DNA from: Octopus bimaculoides
Taxonomy: Eukaryota
Length of the DNA: 64,000 nucleotides
Direction: 5' to 3'
Assembly (NCBI RefSeq): GCF_001194135.2
Contig: NC_068981.1
Location: 140,106,678 to 140,170,677, forward strand
Position numbers and translations under genes: made by a program. Shown one piece after another: positions 25,416 to 37,569 of the stretch. Position 1 is the stretch's first letter. Each line of letters starts with the position of its first letter. The notes below the pieces were generated by a model. That model was not told the DNA's origin and made no database searches. It saw only the letters and a program-made list of their open reading frames with translations.

Positions 25416-26131
25416 CCAATTTTGGTCTCAGTATATACTCTAATTCATGATCGCATATCCATCACAACATATTTCATCTCTCTACTTAAGCTCATGTTAT
25501 GTTAATATTCCCCACTTCAAAAAATGATTAATTACCTCCCCTGTCCGGAATAATGACATTCACCCCTTACCTCTCTTACATTTTCTACTTACCGTTTCAT
25601 TCACAAACGTTCATACATGAACAAGGACTCAAAACGTCTTAAGAAAATACAGAATCTCAATAATTTCAATGTCATGATTAGCAAACCGCGAGACCGGTCG
25701 ACTACCACAATACTGTATCATTCGAAATATATTAAGACTATGTAAACTGTATGCTGATATTTTGTTAAACTGTGGTATGCCCAAATTTGGCCAAATGCGT
25801 TTGTTTTCCATATTTAATTTTGCTTGCAATAGCCGTTTTTTTCGTTGAACTATCGTATCTCCAGCTGCTTCAGATGCCAACATGAAAATTGTCAGAGTGT
25901 AGTACAAAGGTTTAGCATTTTTCAAAATTATAGTAAGTCACACATAGACAGTTTTGAAAGAGTATTTCTAACTGAAAATATCATACATGCACAGAGTTAT
26001 GTTTTTATGCATCCAATAAAGTATTATTGCCTAGCTGAAAGTGTTGTTAATGTAAAAAGAAATGGAATGCGAAACCATTATTTTTTCGTTTTCTGGAAAA
26101 AGCTTCGTTTTGGACTTACGACACATTACCA

Positions 26132-26180
<49 letters not shown>

Positions 26181-26183
<3 letters not shown>

Positions 26184-26395
26184 TTTTATTTGCTTCAGCC
26201 ATTTGAGTACCACCTTAATGGTATTTTAATCACAGAAATCGACCCCATTCATTGTAAGCCTAGTATCTATTCTGTTGCTCTCTTTTGCCGAACCGCTAAT
26301 CTACGGAGACCTAAACATACCAACATCGTTTCCCAAGCGATGGGGGTGGGGAGAAACACAAACACATGCACACACGCACACACACACACACATAT
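26181..26395 (-). mobile_element. SINE of a second octopus-type subfamily
   Basis: GTAAGCCTAGTA..CTCTTTTGCCGAACCGCTAA..ACGGAGAC.TAAAC..CAAGCGATGGGGG followed by (CA)n; recognised from memory as an abundant octopus repeat. Confidence 0.6.
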
Positions 26396-28112
26396 GTATA
26401 TATATATATATGTGTATATATAAAATATATCTATATAAATGTTTTTCCTGTTTAATTATAAAAATAATTTTCTTTTATCTGATGGGATAATCTATAGTTG
26501 TGTAGAGTACAAATTTATTCGTCTCATACAAGAATATTGTAGACTATCCGAACCTTCGAATTTACTGTCAACAGTATTCTTGTATAAGAATACTATATAT
26601 TATCGCGTCTTCTACACACATTTTAACTCTGAAATTCCACTCATAAGGCACTTGTCACCTCAAATCTGCTATGGAATTGAACTGACAAATGATTACGCAG
26701 TACCATGAATTACGAGATTACTTTGTAAAGTTGCAAACATCTTAATTACATCATTAGTCACATTGTCATATTTTGTATAACATTGCAGCGGGTCACTCCC
26801 TGGGCTATGACATTACAGTCTTAAACAATATCTGATAGATATATCAACGTCATTTCATACTCTAAATATACAACCGAACCCTACGTCTATGTATATTAAA
26901 CCTAAGTAGCTATGCACTGAAGTAACGTTTCATATATTTATCAAACAGACGTCTGTTTTGATGTTTGTAGCATCATTTAAAATTGTGCTGCTGTTGTTCC
27001 AAGTTGCATACTCTTATGCGAAATCATTGAGAGAGTTATTATGCGGTATTGAGATTAAGTTAAAATTTCTCACTTGTTAAAAATGGTTGAAATTGTACAA
27101 GGCTTTCGAAAGTTATATTAAGCATTGATTTTTCCCATACAACCGAAATACATGGTCCTTACAATAATTATTAATTGTAAAATAGTAAAATGCAAACTCA
27201 GCTCAGCAGTTTTTAAAATTTGACTGAACGTTTATCTTCCCGCATTTGTGTTCTTAATATCCTACTCTTGTGTATATCTCGGACTTCTTGTGTCACGTGT
27301 TTGTATATAATCACTGCCTTGGAGACAACTGACAAAACTTCATTGCACTGACGCAGCTTCAATAATCGTATGCATTTCCCCATAGGTCTATATAATTTGT
27401 CTTATTTCCCTCAAAATCTACTATATTAAAATGAATTTCGCACTAACTGGCTGCTTCGATTCTCAAGTAATGTTCTATGTATTGCCACTTTAACTTTCCC
27501 TGGCATCATCTTGGATATTCTACGTAAGCTTAAGGCTACAACAGTAATTGAATATATTGGTGATGGGATAGGTGTATATAATGTTGATCGTTATATACTC
27601 AACAGGCAGAATCCTGTAACCGCAATTTGGATTTCGTGTCGTCGCAATTTCAAAATCGCTTATAACACTAACACATTTTAAGAAATGTAGTCTACGTCAC
27701 ATGCTCCCATTTCTTCTCTCCTGAAAACCTAATTATTGTGCTGATGTTTGTGGTCAGCATAGAAAGCAATTAATTTCTTCCGCACCCTTCCTGTTTAAAT
27801 ATCCGTTCTTAGAAACTATTGAACTACACGTACGCTGCTACACATTTCGTAAAGGGAAGTATATTAGCCTAACAAACATATCATACAACCTAGTCAGAAA
27901 AAAACTAAACACTAATATTTTTAGTAGCAAAATCATTAAACATATTACATAAGCGACTGGCAGATATTTTCAAAATGTTCATACACATTATTATGCATTG
28001 CATGCATTATCTGGGAGGCATTTAATGCATATCAATAACTGGAATAATTAATTTGGAAATAAATGACGCTTCTCCAACAACACAACTTAACTGTAGCGAA
28101 TGGGTGAATATA

Positions 28113-28159
<47 letters not shown>

Positions 28160-29770
28160 NNNNNNNNNNNNNNNNNNNNNNNNNNNNNNNNNNNNNNNNN
28201 NNNNNNNNNNNNNNNNNNNNNNNNNNNNNNNNNNNNNNNNNNNNNNNNNNNNNNNNNNNNNNNNNNNNNNNNNNNNNNNNNNNNNNNNNNNNNNNNNNNN
28301 NNNNNNNNNNNNNNNNNNNNNNNNNNNNNNNNNNNNNNNNNNNNNNNNNNNNNNNNNNNNNNNNNNNNNNNNNNNNNNNNNNNNNNNNNNNNNNNNNNNN
28401 NNNNNNNNNNNNNNNNNNNNNNNNNNNNNNNNNNNNNNNNNNNNNNNNNNNNNNNNNNNNNNNNNNNNNNNNNNNNNNNNNNNNNNNNNNNNNNNNNNNN
28501 NNNNNNNNNNNNNNNNNNNNNNNNNNNNNNNNNNNNNNNNNNNNNNNNNNNNNNNNNNNNNNNNNNNNNNNNNNNNNNNNNNNNNNNNNNNNNNNNNNNN
28601 NNNNNNNNNNNNNNNNNNNNNNNNNNNNNNNNNNNNNNNNNNNNNNNNNNNNNNNNNNNNNNNNNNNNNNNNNNNNNNNNNNNNNNNNNNNNNNNNNNNN
28701 NNNNNNNNNNNNNNNNNNNNNNNNNNNNNNNNNNNNNNNNNNNNNNNNNNNNNNNNNNNNNNNNNNNNNNNNNNNNNNNNNNNNNNNNNNNNNNNNNNNN
28801 NNNNNNNNNNNNNNNNNNNNNNNNNNNNNNNNNNNNNNNNNNNNNNNNNNNNNNNNNNNNNNNNNNNNNNNNNNNNNNNNNNNNNTATATATATATATAT
28901 ATATATATATGGATGTATGTATATATTTCTTCAACTCCATTTATTTACATTAGTAATGTTGTCGGGGAAAAGAAAAGCGACAGACCAGCCATTCAATCTG
29001 ATATATTCTTCTTTACATATCCGGCAATGTGGCTCCTCTTTCAATAAAGGCTAACTGAATGAAGAGTTAATAATCACCTGTAAACATGTGCTTAAAAGTT
29101 CCATTATATGGACGTTTTGTTCCAAGAGTTATTTATTCAAGGGATACTAAACACTTTTCATAAAGTTATTTATTCACTCATACACTCTTTAAGTCTCTAA
29201 TATTTCACATTTCCAACTGAACATTAATGCGGTAATAACTACTGCACTTAGAAAACATTTCGTATTTTTAAATCTTTCATATTTAAACATCTCAACATTG
29301 CAATTAGGTGTCTGGCGTTAATGAAACCAATTCTAATCTTTGACAAAATCTTATTATATTTTATTATATTATTAGACGTGATTCAAGAAAAAAATTATTT
29401 AACTATTGTATTAATCAGATGTTGCTAGGGATATTTGATATTTTGTGAATCAAATTTAATTGAAATAATGCAAGCAGCTAAAGCGGGTGAATACCTTGTT
29501 AAATTTGATTTTTTTTCTTTTTAAATATAAAACAAGACAGGTGTCTAAGTTCAGATGAGTTAAAGTATAAAATAATGATGAATATATAAGTATACATATT
29601 TAATTCTTGATGACGTAAATGTACATTCTACTTTGAAATTTAACTCAATCTTTAATATTCAACTTCCTTTTAAATCTCGTTTACATATGCATTCGCAATT
29701 CTTTTTTCTATTTCTACATCTCACATCTTTAATCACAGGAATATCTGTACCTGTATGTATGTATTATGTA

Positions 29771-29806
<36 letters not shown>

Positions 29807-30033
29807 TGTATGTGTGTATGTATATGTATGTCGGTGGGTGGGTGGTCGTGCGCGTGTTTGTGCGTGCGTGTGTGTGCGTGTATGTGTGTGTGTGTTCCTG
29901 TGTGCGTGTGTGTGTGTGTATTAAAATGTGTGAAAGTGTGTACAAGCCATTAGAAATCATGCACCTTGCGCGAATATTAAAATTGTAGCTGTAGGATGTG
30001 CATTCTAGTATATGAAATACATTAACATCATGT

Positions 30034-30075
<42 letters not shown>

Positions 30076-30173
30076 CACCACCACCACCACTACTACTACT
30101 ACTACAACTAGTACTACTACTACTACTACTACTGCTGCTGCTGTTGCTGTTGCTACTACTACTACTACTACTA
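30034..30173. repeat. Compound trinucleotide array (CTA)n-(CCA)n-(CTA)n-(CTG/TTG)n-(CTA)n
   Basis: Direct reading; explains the poly-L/P and poly-S/G pseudo-ORFs. Confidence 0.97.
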
Positions 30174-30347
30174 TTTGATCTGTTGATATCACTACAATAC
30201 TTCCTATTACTATACGTCTGCATCACCTCATAAAGTTGGGATGATCAAACATTGAATACCTTTTATGATAAGATGGAATTTGACCTCGAGTCTAAACAAA
30301 ATCAACACCGACTACTAATTATAAGCCCATTTAGTTCATGCTATAAA

Positions 30348-30372
30348 TAACAACAACAACAACAACAACAAC

Positions 30373-30434
<62 letters not shown>

Positions 30435-30445
30435 TAATATTGATG

Positions 30446-30490
<45 letters not shown>

Positions 30491-30530
30491 TTAATAATAT
30501 TAATAGTAATAATAATAATAATAACGATAG
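30348..30530. repeat. (AAC)n-(AAT)n microsatellite
   Basis: Direct reading. Confidence 0.97.
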
Positions 30531-31301
30531 CAAGATAAATGTCAAAGATAAAACAACAGTAGCAGTAGTAACACCAATATAACATTTGTTTTTTTTTATA
30601 TATTAGACCAAACCCATGCATTTAGATGAAGATTCTATCCGTGAAGTAAAACAGAGTACATTTCTCAGGTTTATACTATTGATGAGAAGTCAGTATAGAG
30701 CCAAGTATTTTGGAATTTGAACTTAAGTGATAAATTAAAATTGTTGAACAAGCGATTGCGCATGAGAGAATCTGTAAGGTGCCGCCTGACTTCCTAACAA
30801 GAAGCAGTCAAATCTCTCTCAAATTGCATTCTGAGATCTTAAAAAAATCAGAAGTATCAATTAATATAACGAATGTTAAATGAAAAATATTCATGGATAC
30901 TTGGGGATACGCAACATATATAGCTTAATACCTGGTGCTATGTTTTTACAATACTTTCATGCACTGCACTAGATACGTCTGAACTAAAAGTGAATATTGT
31001 TTTTAAAACACAAGTAAGCTACATGTTGTAATGCATCAAGACTACATCAAAAACAAATATATAGTAAAAATAATAAAATTTAACAAAATATCAAACTAGT
31101 ACACGTAAAAGAAATTACTCACAAATATCGAACAAAAACTACAAAATGAAAATGGAAACCAAGCTATGAGAATACTTGTAAGGAAGAGAAATCGAATATG
31201 ACAGTAGTACATATACACACATCCACACACACAGGTGCCTTAGAATACTTATCGAACAGTCGACTCGTAGCCACCGAAGTAGAACTATCCAAACACTAAC
31301 A

Positions 31302-32060
31302 TCTTACTATAATGGGTGTTATGTTCGTCTGTTTGTCCGTGAGACTGTCCGTATGTCTGTTACCTCTTCACGGTCAAACGGCTGGAAGCTTTTTAGCGAA
31401 AAATAGGTGAAAAAGTATAATTATTTAGTGGATATTGAGTTTTGTATTTTTTTTTTGTTAAAATTCTCCGGCGATGGAGGATTTAATCTAAATATCCCGC
31501 TCCAACGTATAGTTCGTGAATTTGAAGTTTTAGACAGTATGATTATTTGAATTGATAAATTTCTTTTGGCATTTTTATAAAAAATTCACTGAACACAGGT
31601 AACTCTAGACTTTAGTTCGTATAGTTCGTGGCCCATCGCCACGAACTATACGAAGGGGTCACGAGGACGAAAATAAAATGGAAAAAGTGTGTGTGATTAT
31701 TTAGTCGTTATTGAAGTGTGTCAGTCTCAAGCAGGATTCGAAACGGCTAATCGAAGCGGCCGTCGTTTACGTCTCAGATTTGTCAATGAAAATAAACTAT
31801 GTTACCAGAACATCCAGACATTATTTGTATAGAACGGCGAGAAGTAAGTCTTAATTTGATGTTTTGCAACTCTAAAGATTCCGCTCGCGAATTCACAGCG
31901 AACAAGGCACAGGGTCAGACTTTAGATAGTGTAGGTGTATTTTTACCCATTATGATTTTTACACACGGCCAGTTATACTATGAGTAGAGCAGTGGACTCC
32001 AGTAATTTAAAAATTAGCATCGTATAAACAGAAAATATCGCTTACAAAGAAGTTTTGTAA
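31302..32060 (+). mobile_element. Internally deleted Helitron
   Basis: 5' end a|TCTTACTATAAT followed by GTCTGTTTGTCC..GGTCAAACGGCTG (Helitron-like 5' region); 3' part encodes TANKAQGQTLDSVGVFLP..IFTHGQLY and TENIAYKEVL*, the PIF1-family helicase C-terminus of RepHel. Confidence 0.82.
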
Positions 32061-34190
32061 TCACATTGATATTATCGAAAGTAATATGATTCATAATTTA
32101 AATAAGGGAATCTTTGATCTTTTAATGTATAAGAGTATAAATAAGCATAAAATAGTTTAAATATTAAAATAAATGTATATCTAAATAACATTTTTTCGTA
32201 ATACTTTTTATGTAGTGGTCGATGGAAACTCTGGCTTTCGTTAGGTGTGGTTGACATAGCCATTCATGATGCAGAGGCTGGGAATCTATTTCAGTCCGGG
32301 AGTGAATCGTCATCACATGTCACCTAGTCGCAAACACACACGTCACGTAGCTACAATAGAATGTTGTATCAACAACAATTATGTGATTTCTGTAAGCCAT
32401 CATTTAGTAATCTATCAAGCCCATTTACACATTTCTCAATACATACTGCTGTTGCGGCTTTCCACCGTCATGATTCCATCGTAGATTGCTAGATTTACTA
32501 GTGATTAAAATGGACGTGAATAGAGTAATGTAAATTATGAATATATCATTAATCTAAGGGTGAAAAATGGTTTGAAATACCGAAACCTTACTGTGGACGC
32601 ATAGAATAGTAAGCATAAAATTTAACTAAGAAATTGCAACAATATTCAATGCTACAGATTCATTTCATAGCAAAAGTAATTCAGGATGGACACAAGAAAG
32701 TCATAGACTAAAAAAGTTGTAAAGGCCTTAGCTTGGCAAGGATTGATTAGCAGTTCCCTTGACAGTGCCTCTCTGACCCAGATTGTGGAAACATAATCCA
32801 TAAGTTCCCAGAGATTCTAGTCACTCGTATATATGAGTTAAATTACCAAACGTGTATGTTATTAATTAATGAAACACAATTCTAGAGGCTGAAAGAAATG
32901 GATTAATAATCAAATAAACAGCACCACCTCTGTTGGAAGAGGTACTATCTTCTTATAATCTAGAGGTACTATCTTCTTATTCCATTTTGCTTATTGTTGA
33001 TATTTCTAACTGCCGAAAAAAAGGCCAAAGTAAGATCAAACATATTTTATACATTGATGACCGCAACTTGACCGACGCTGTTAATAAATAATTAGAAACA
33101 TCGTTATATGCAGTAAACGGGCTTAGAACAGATTAATATGTGGATATAATTACACTTAGTAAGGTTTGGGAACTCAAATTTAAAATGGTGCATTTGTGGA
33201 ACAAATTGGAAAACGTCATACTAGAAGTTTTAAGAAAAAATAATGAAGAATGAAGTTAGTAAGTGCAGTGAAGACACAATCATATTTTTTCCTTATCCAT
33301 TCTGACCCAAAATAGAATAAAGATCAAATCTTAAAAATTTAATCTTGTACTTGTTAATGCTTAACCAATTGAAAGACCGATGTCCATGTATTTTTCCAGG
33401 GTTTGTGAGACTGTTAGGATACAGGGAGAGGAGAGCAAATATTTCCTCAAAGCAGAAACCTGGAGTAGAAGCTTATAAGTGAGTGAGTAGAATCCACCAC
33501 TGAAGGCGGTAGGGCAGTGCATGGCAGCAGAGTAAATCTACCAATGAGTATTCCATGGCCGATTGGAACCCAGAACACTAAAAACCACGTAATACAAGCC
33601 ATATTGTCTGACGTGTTAAACGGGTACTGGTTTACCTAGAGATGGACTTTACTCTGTCAATCACAGAAAGATGAGACGCAAAGCTAAAGTCAGCAGGATT
33701 TGAAATCAGAATGCAAAGAATTTCATCCGATGCCATAACGATCCACTAATTTGCCTGAAAAGGATGCAATATTCTCCACTAGAATGTCTTTGATCATAAG
33801 CAAAACCTCTAGAACAGAATTATCAGCATGAAAGACAACAACAGCAACAACAAACATGTTATTGTGCAATGAAAGAACAACAAAGGAAAACGGAAAAATT
33901 TGCAACTTAGGATTCATCAACATACGGCAGGACCACTTTCATAGCAGATAGTTTATAGGAATGTAAACACATGGGAAGCCTTAACGTTTAATTATTGGCA
34001 TTAGAGTCGGCTCAATGAAATTTTATGTTTACACAAGAAGAAAGTTTGGTTGCTTGTATAAAGTTTCCTCTTTGCACTTATACGGACGGAATTTCTATAT
34101 AAATGATCGGTCTTCTATTTTGTTTATCTTAATTGCTGTTTTAGCTGTTGTTAATGTGCCTTTATGTGTGTGTGTGTGTGTGTGCGGGAC

Positions 34191-34233
<43 letters not shown>

Positions 34234-35779
34234 TGAACATAAATCAAATGTATGTATGTGGAAAACACAGAAAATGGGAGTGTAAAACTCATGGGTAATT
34301 AAAATGGAACGAAGAAAAAGCAAGGAGGCGAGAGAGAGAGAGAGAGAGAGAAGGGGAGAGGAAGAAAGAAATAGAGAAGGAGAAAGAAAGAGGAACAGAG
34401 CGAGAGAATAGAAGACTGACATTGTGAAGAAATATAAAACACAGCAGAATGTAAATACAGAGTGAAAGAGAGGGAGGAAGAAAGAAGTAAAAAGTGAGAG
34501 GTAGAAAAAGTGTTAAACTCACACCGGCAAGTAGAATCATTAAAAATTCAAAAAGTATAAGCTTGTGAGACAGTGGCAATAGAAAGTAAAAGAAAAGAGA
34601 AGATAAAATGTTGTGGAATAATAGACACAAGGGATTAGTAAAAGAAAGATTTAAATAGACAGTGTGAATATAAAATATTAATATGTGAATGAATAAGAAA
34701 AGAAAGATGCGTTGCTTTGACAGAAGGCAAGCTTGGTGAGGAAGGTTAACAGGATAAGGTGCGGGAGGAGGTATGTATATACGGTAAGACTGAAAATGTT
34801 CAGTTTTATGAATGACAAGGATAGTAGGTTTTAGTGGAGTATTTTTAATCATACTTTTAAATAATATTCCACGTGAGGGGGGTTTCTGTTCATAATAAGA
34901 GATTTGTCCCTTGAGATAAGAATGTGAAACAGAAGCAGACGGAAGCTTTGAATAATAATGACTGCTTGCCATGTGTTTGCCATGCTATTTTCTTTTACTT
35001 ACGCGCTAGAATGTTCATGCTTAATTTAAACACCCCACAATAAGCAGTTGTATTGAAAAACATATGTTGTGACATTACATTCAGTTATTTATATACACTC
35101 GCAGACAGGCCACCATCATCTAGAATATATAATACATACATACATACATACATATGTATATGTATATGTATGTGAGTATGTGTGCATACACAAACACACA
35201 CACACACACACACACGCACACACACACACACACACACACGCACACATATATATAAATATACAGAGAGAGAGATTGAAAGAGACTTATCTTTGACCGTGAA
35301 CGTGCTCTTGTATGGCGTAATAACTTAACATGTATCCCTTGGGAGATATTAAAATGTCTGCCTCAATATTAAACAAAATCCTAAGTACATTAACAAGTGC
35401 ATTACAAGTGTATATATCAACAAATATATTTATGCACACAGGGAGAAGAAACACAAATAAAGACACATCCTTTTTGCATGCGTAGACACAGAAACAATGT
35501 ATTGCACTGGTTTATCAGCACTTAAGAATGCTACATAATGTTTTTCAATGTGCAGACTTATACATGCCTATACATAATTACATATACACGCGTACTCTCT
35601 CTGAATACGTCTCTGTCTCTTTTTCTGTCTCTGTCTGTCTATCTCTCTCTCTATATATATACATACATACATATACACACACACAAGTATACATATATAT
35701 GGGTGTGTATGTATATATGTGTGTGTATGTATGTATATATGTATATAATATAAGTAATATGTCTATGCATATATGTAAA

Positions 35780-35811
<32 letters not shown>

Positions 35812-35832
35812 CATATACATACATATACATAT

Positions 35833-35876
<44 letters not shown>

Positions 35877-36678
35877 GCGTATATGGGTACCAGACGTTTC
35901 AAACCAACATGAAATACAAAAACAAATGAGTTGAGTATGCAAAGAACGAAAGAAACAAATGGAAAGCAAGACAAGTAACATAACGAACGACCCTTCATCA
36001 GTCCATCGGCTGTCCATCTACTCCTCATTTCGAGCTTTGTCACACATTGGCATAGTCATGTGGTTAAGTTCCCAAAGCTGCTCTGCAGTTACATTTTAGT
36101 AGAAAACACTCAGTGTAGAAACCGTTGTAAATACGTGCGTATATATACAGGCATGCGCGAGCAGACGCACAAAAACACATACACACACGCACGCACGCAC
36201 ACACACATACTCTCATGCATACGCAGAATCACACACACACACACACACACACATATGTGTGTGTCTGTGTGTGAGTGTGTGTAGGTGTGTGTGTGCGTAT
36301 ATGTCTATGCGTACGTGATATTTTCCCTGTCCTAGCTCACACCTAAACACCTACGTTCATTTTCTAGTATCACGTTTTGTCCCATAACTTTGGAAATTCA
36401 ACAAAGTAAGATTGATAAAATATGTACAAGATTGAACTAACTACTAAGGTCTGTAGGATCAAGTAATCCTTGGAAACAATTCGTGTAGAACTTTCCTTTT
36501 TAGCTGTTTGGCGTCTGTCAAGAAAGTGTTTCATTATAGTCTATTCCATTCTTCCTTCTTGTAGGTTTGAGCATATCTTATACATCCATATTAATTTGAA
36601 GTTTTGGTACGAGTACAGCAATTACGGGGGTGATTACAACGACACAAGTAATCAACTAATACTTATTAATTAATATGT

Positions 36679-36797
36679 TATTTATCTCGAAAGGATAAAC
36701 TAAACATCGGCCGAATTTGAACTCAGAACGTAAAAAACGGACGAAATACCGCTAAGAATTTTTTCCGGCGTCCTAACGATTCTTTTAGCTCGCTGTC
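36679..36797 (-). mobile_element. tRNA-derived SINE, 5' half
   Basis: CGGCCGAATTTGAACTCAGAACGT..GACGAAATACCGCTAAG..CTAACGATTC..AGCTCGC is the reverse complement of the SINE head. Confidence 0.85.
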
Positions 36798-37042
36798 ATA
36801 TATTATCCACAAGTATTAGAATGTCAGCAGATAAATAATACATATAACACCCTTGAGAGCAGATCGATATAAAGTAGGGAAGATGCCTTGAATCTTATTA
36901 TATGTCATATAATATATTTGAAACACCATTTGTTCTCTCGTAATCCAATCAGGACTGTATGACATTGAACATTTGGTTACCTCTAAGTACAAAAAGGTTC
37001 CCAAACATTTTACTACTTCCTTAGTGAAGAACTATTACGATA

Positions 37043-37268
37043 TCCAGTGGCATATTGGTTTAACATTTTAGTACGAGACCAGCAATTTCTGGGTAGGGAG
37101 TAAATCGATTGCATCAGTCCCCAAGTAGTGAACTGGCACCTATTTTATGGACACCGAAAAGATGAAAGGCAAAGTCAACCTCAGTGGAATTTGAACTTTG
37201 AACGAGAAGACGGATGAAATGTCGTTAAGCATTTTGCCCGGCATACTAACGACTTCTCCGGCTTGCTG
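37043..37268 (-). mobile_element. tRNA-derived SINE
   Basis: GATGAAAGGCAAAGTCAACCTCAGTGGAATTTGAAC..AAGCATTTTGCCCGGCATACTAACGA is a reverse-complement homolog of 6401-6614. Confidence 0.85.
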
Positions 37269-37569
37269 CTCTGTAGTACCCAGTGACTTATTGGTTATTA
37301 GCAGTATTAGCAGAGCAATGGAAATTCGTACGGCGGTATTAGATATCAATATAAAGGTACATAGATACAATCCTGCTATAGTTTACTTAGCATTTCATCC
37401 AGAAAATATATACCTATGAATATTAGGCCATGGGTTAGTGGGGCTCATTGTGCATCCCACCTTGTTATTTACTTTATGTGTATTTTCATGTAGCCGTGTG
37501 TCTAACAAGTCAGAAAATTGATGTTGCCGGAAAAAAACAACTCGGACGGAAGATACTTGTAGGGTCTTT

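Noticed and set aside
31494-31530. IPLQRIVREF resembling histone H3 LPFQRLVREI
   Set aside because: Only about 10 residues, no flanking H3 sequence, and it lies inside the Helitron remnant.
34289-34972. 227-aa minus-strand ORF as a gene
   Set aside because: The C-terminal half is translated (CT)-rich low-complexity DNA; the N-terminal half has no convincing domain and is probably TE debris.
35885-36005. Hammerhead ribozyme (CTGATGA...GAAAC on the minus strand)
   Set aside because: Core halves are about 95 nt apart with no credible stem II, and stem III would be only 3 bp.
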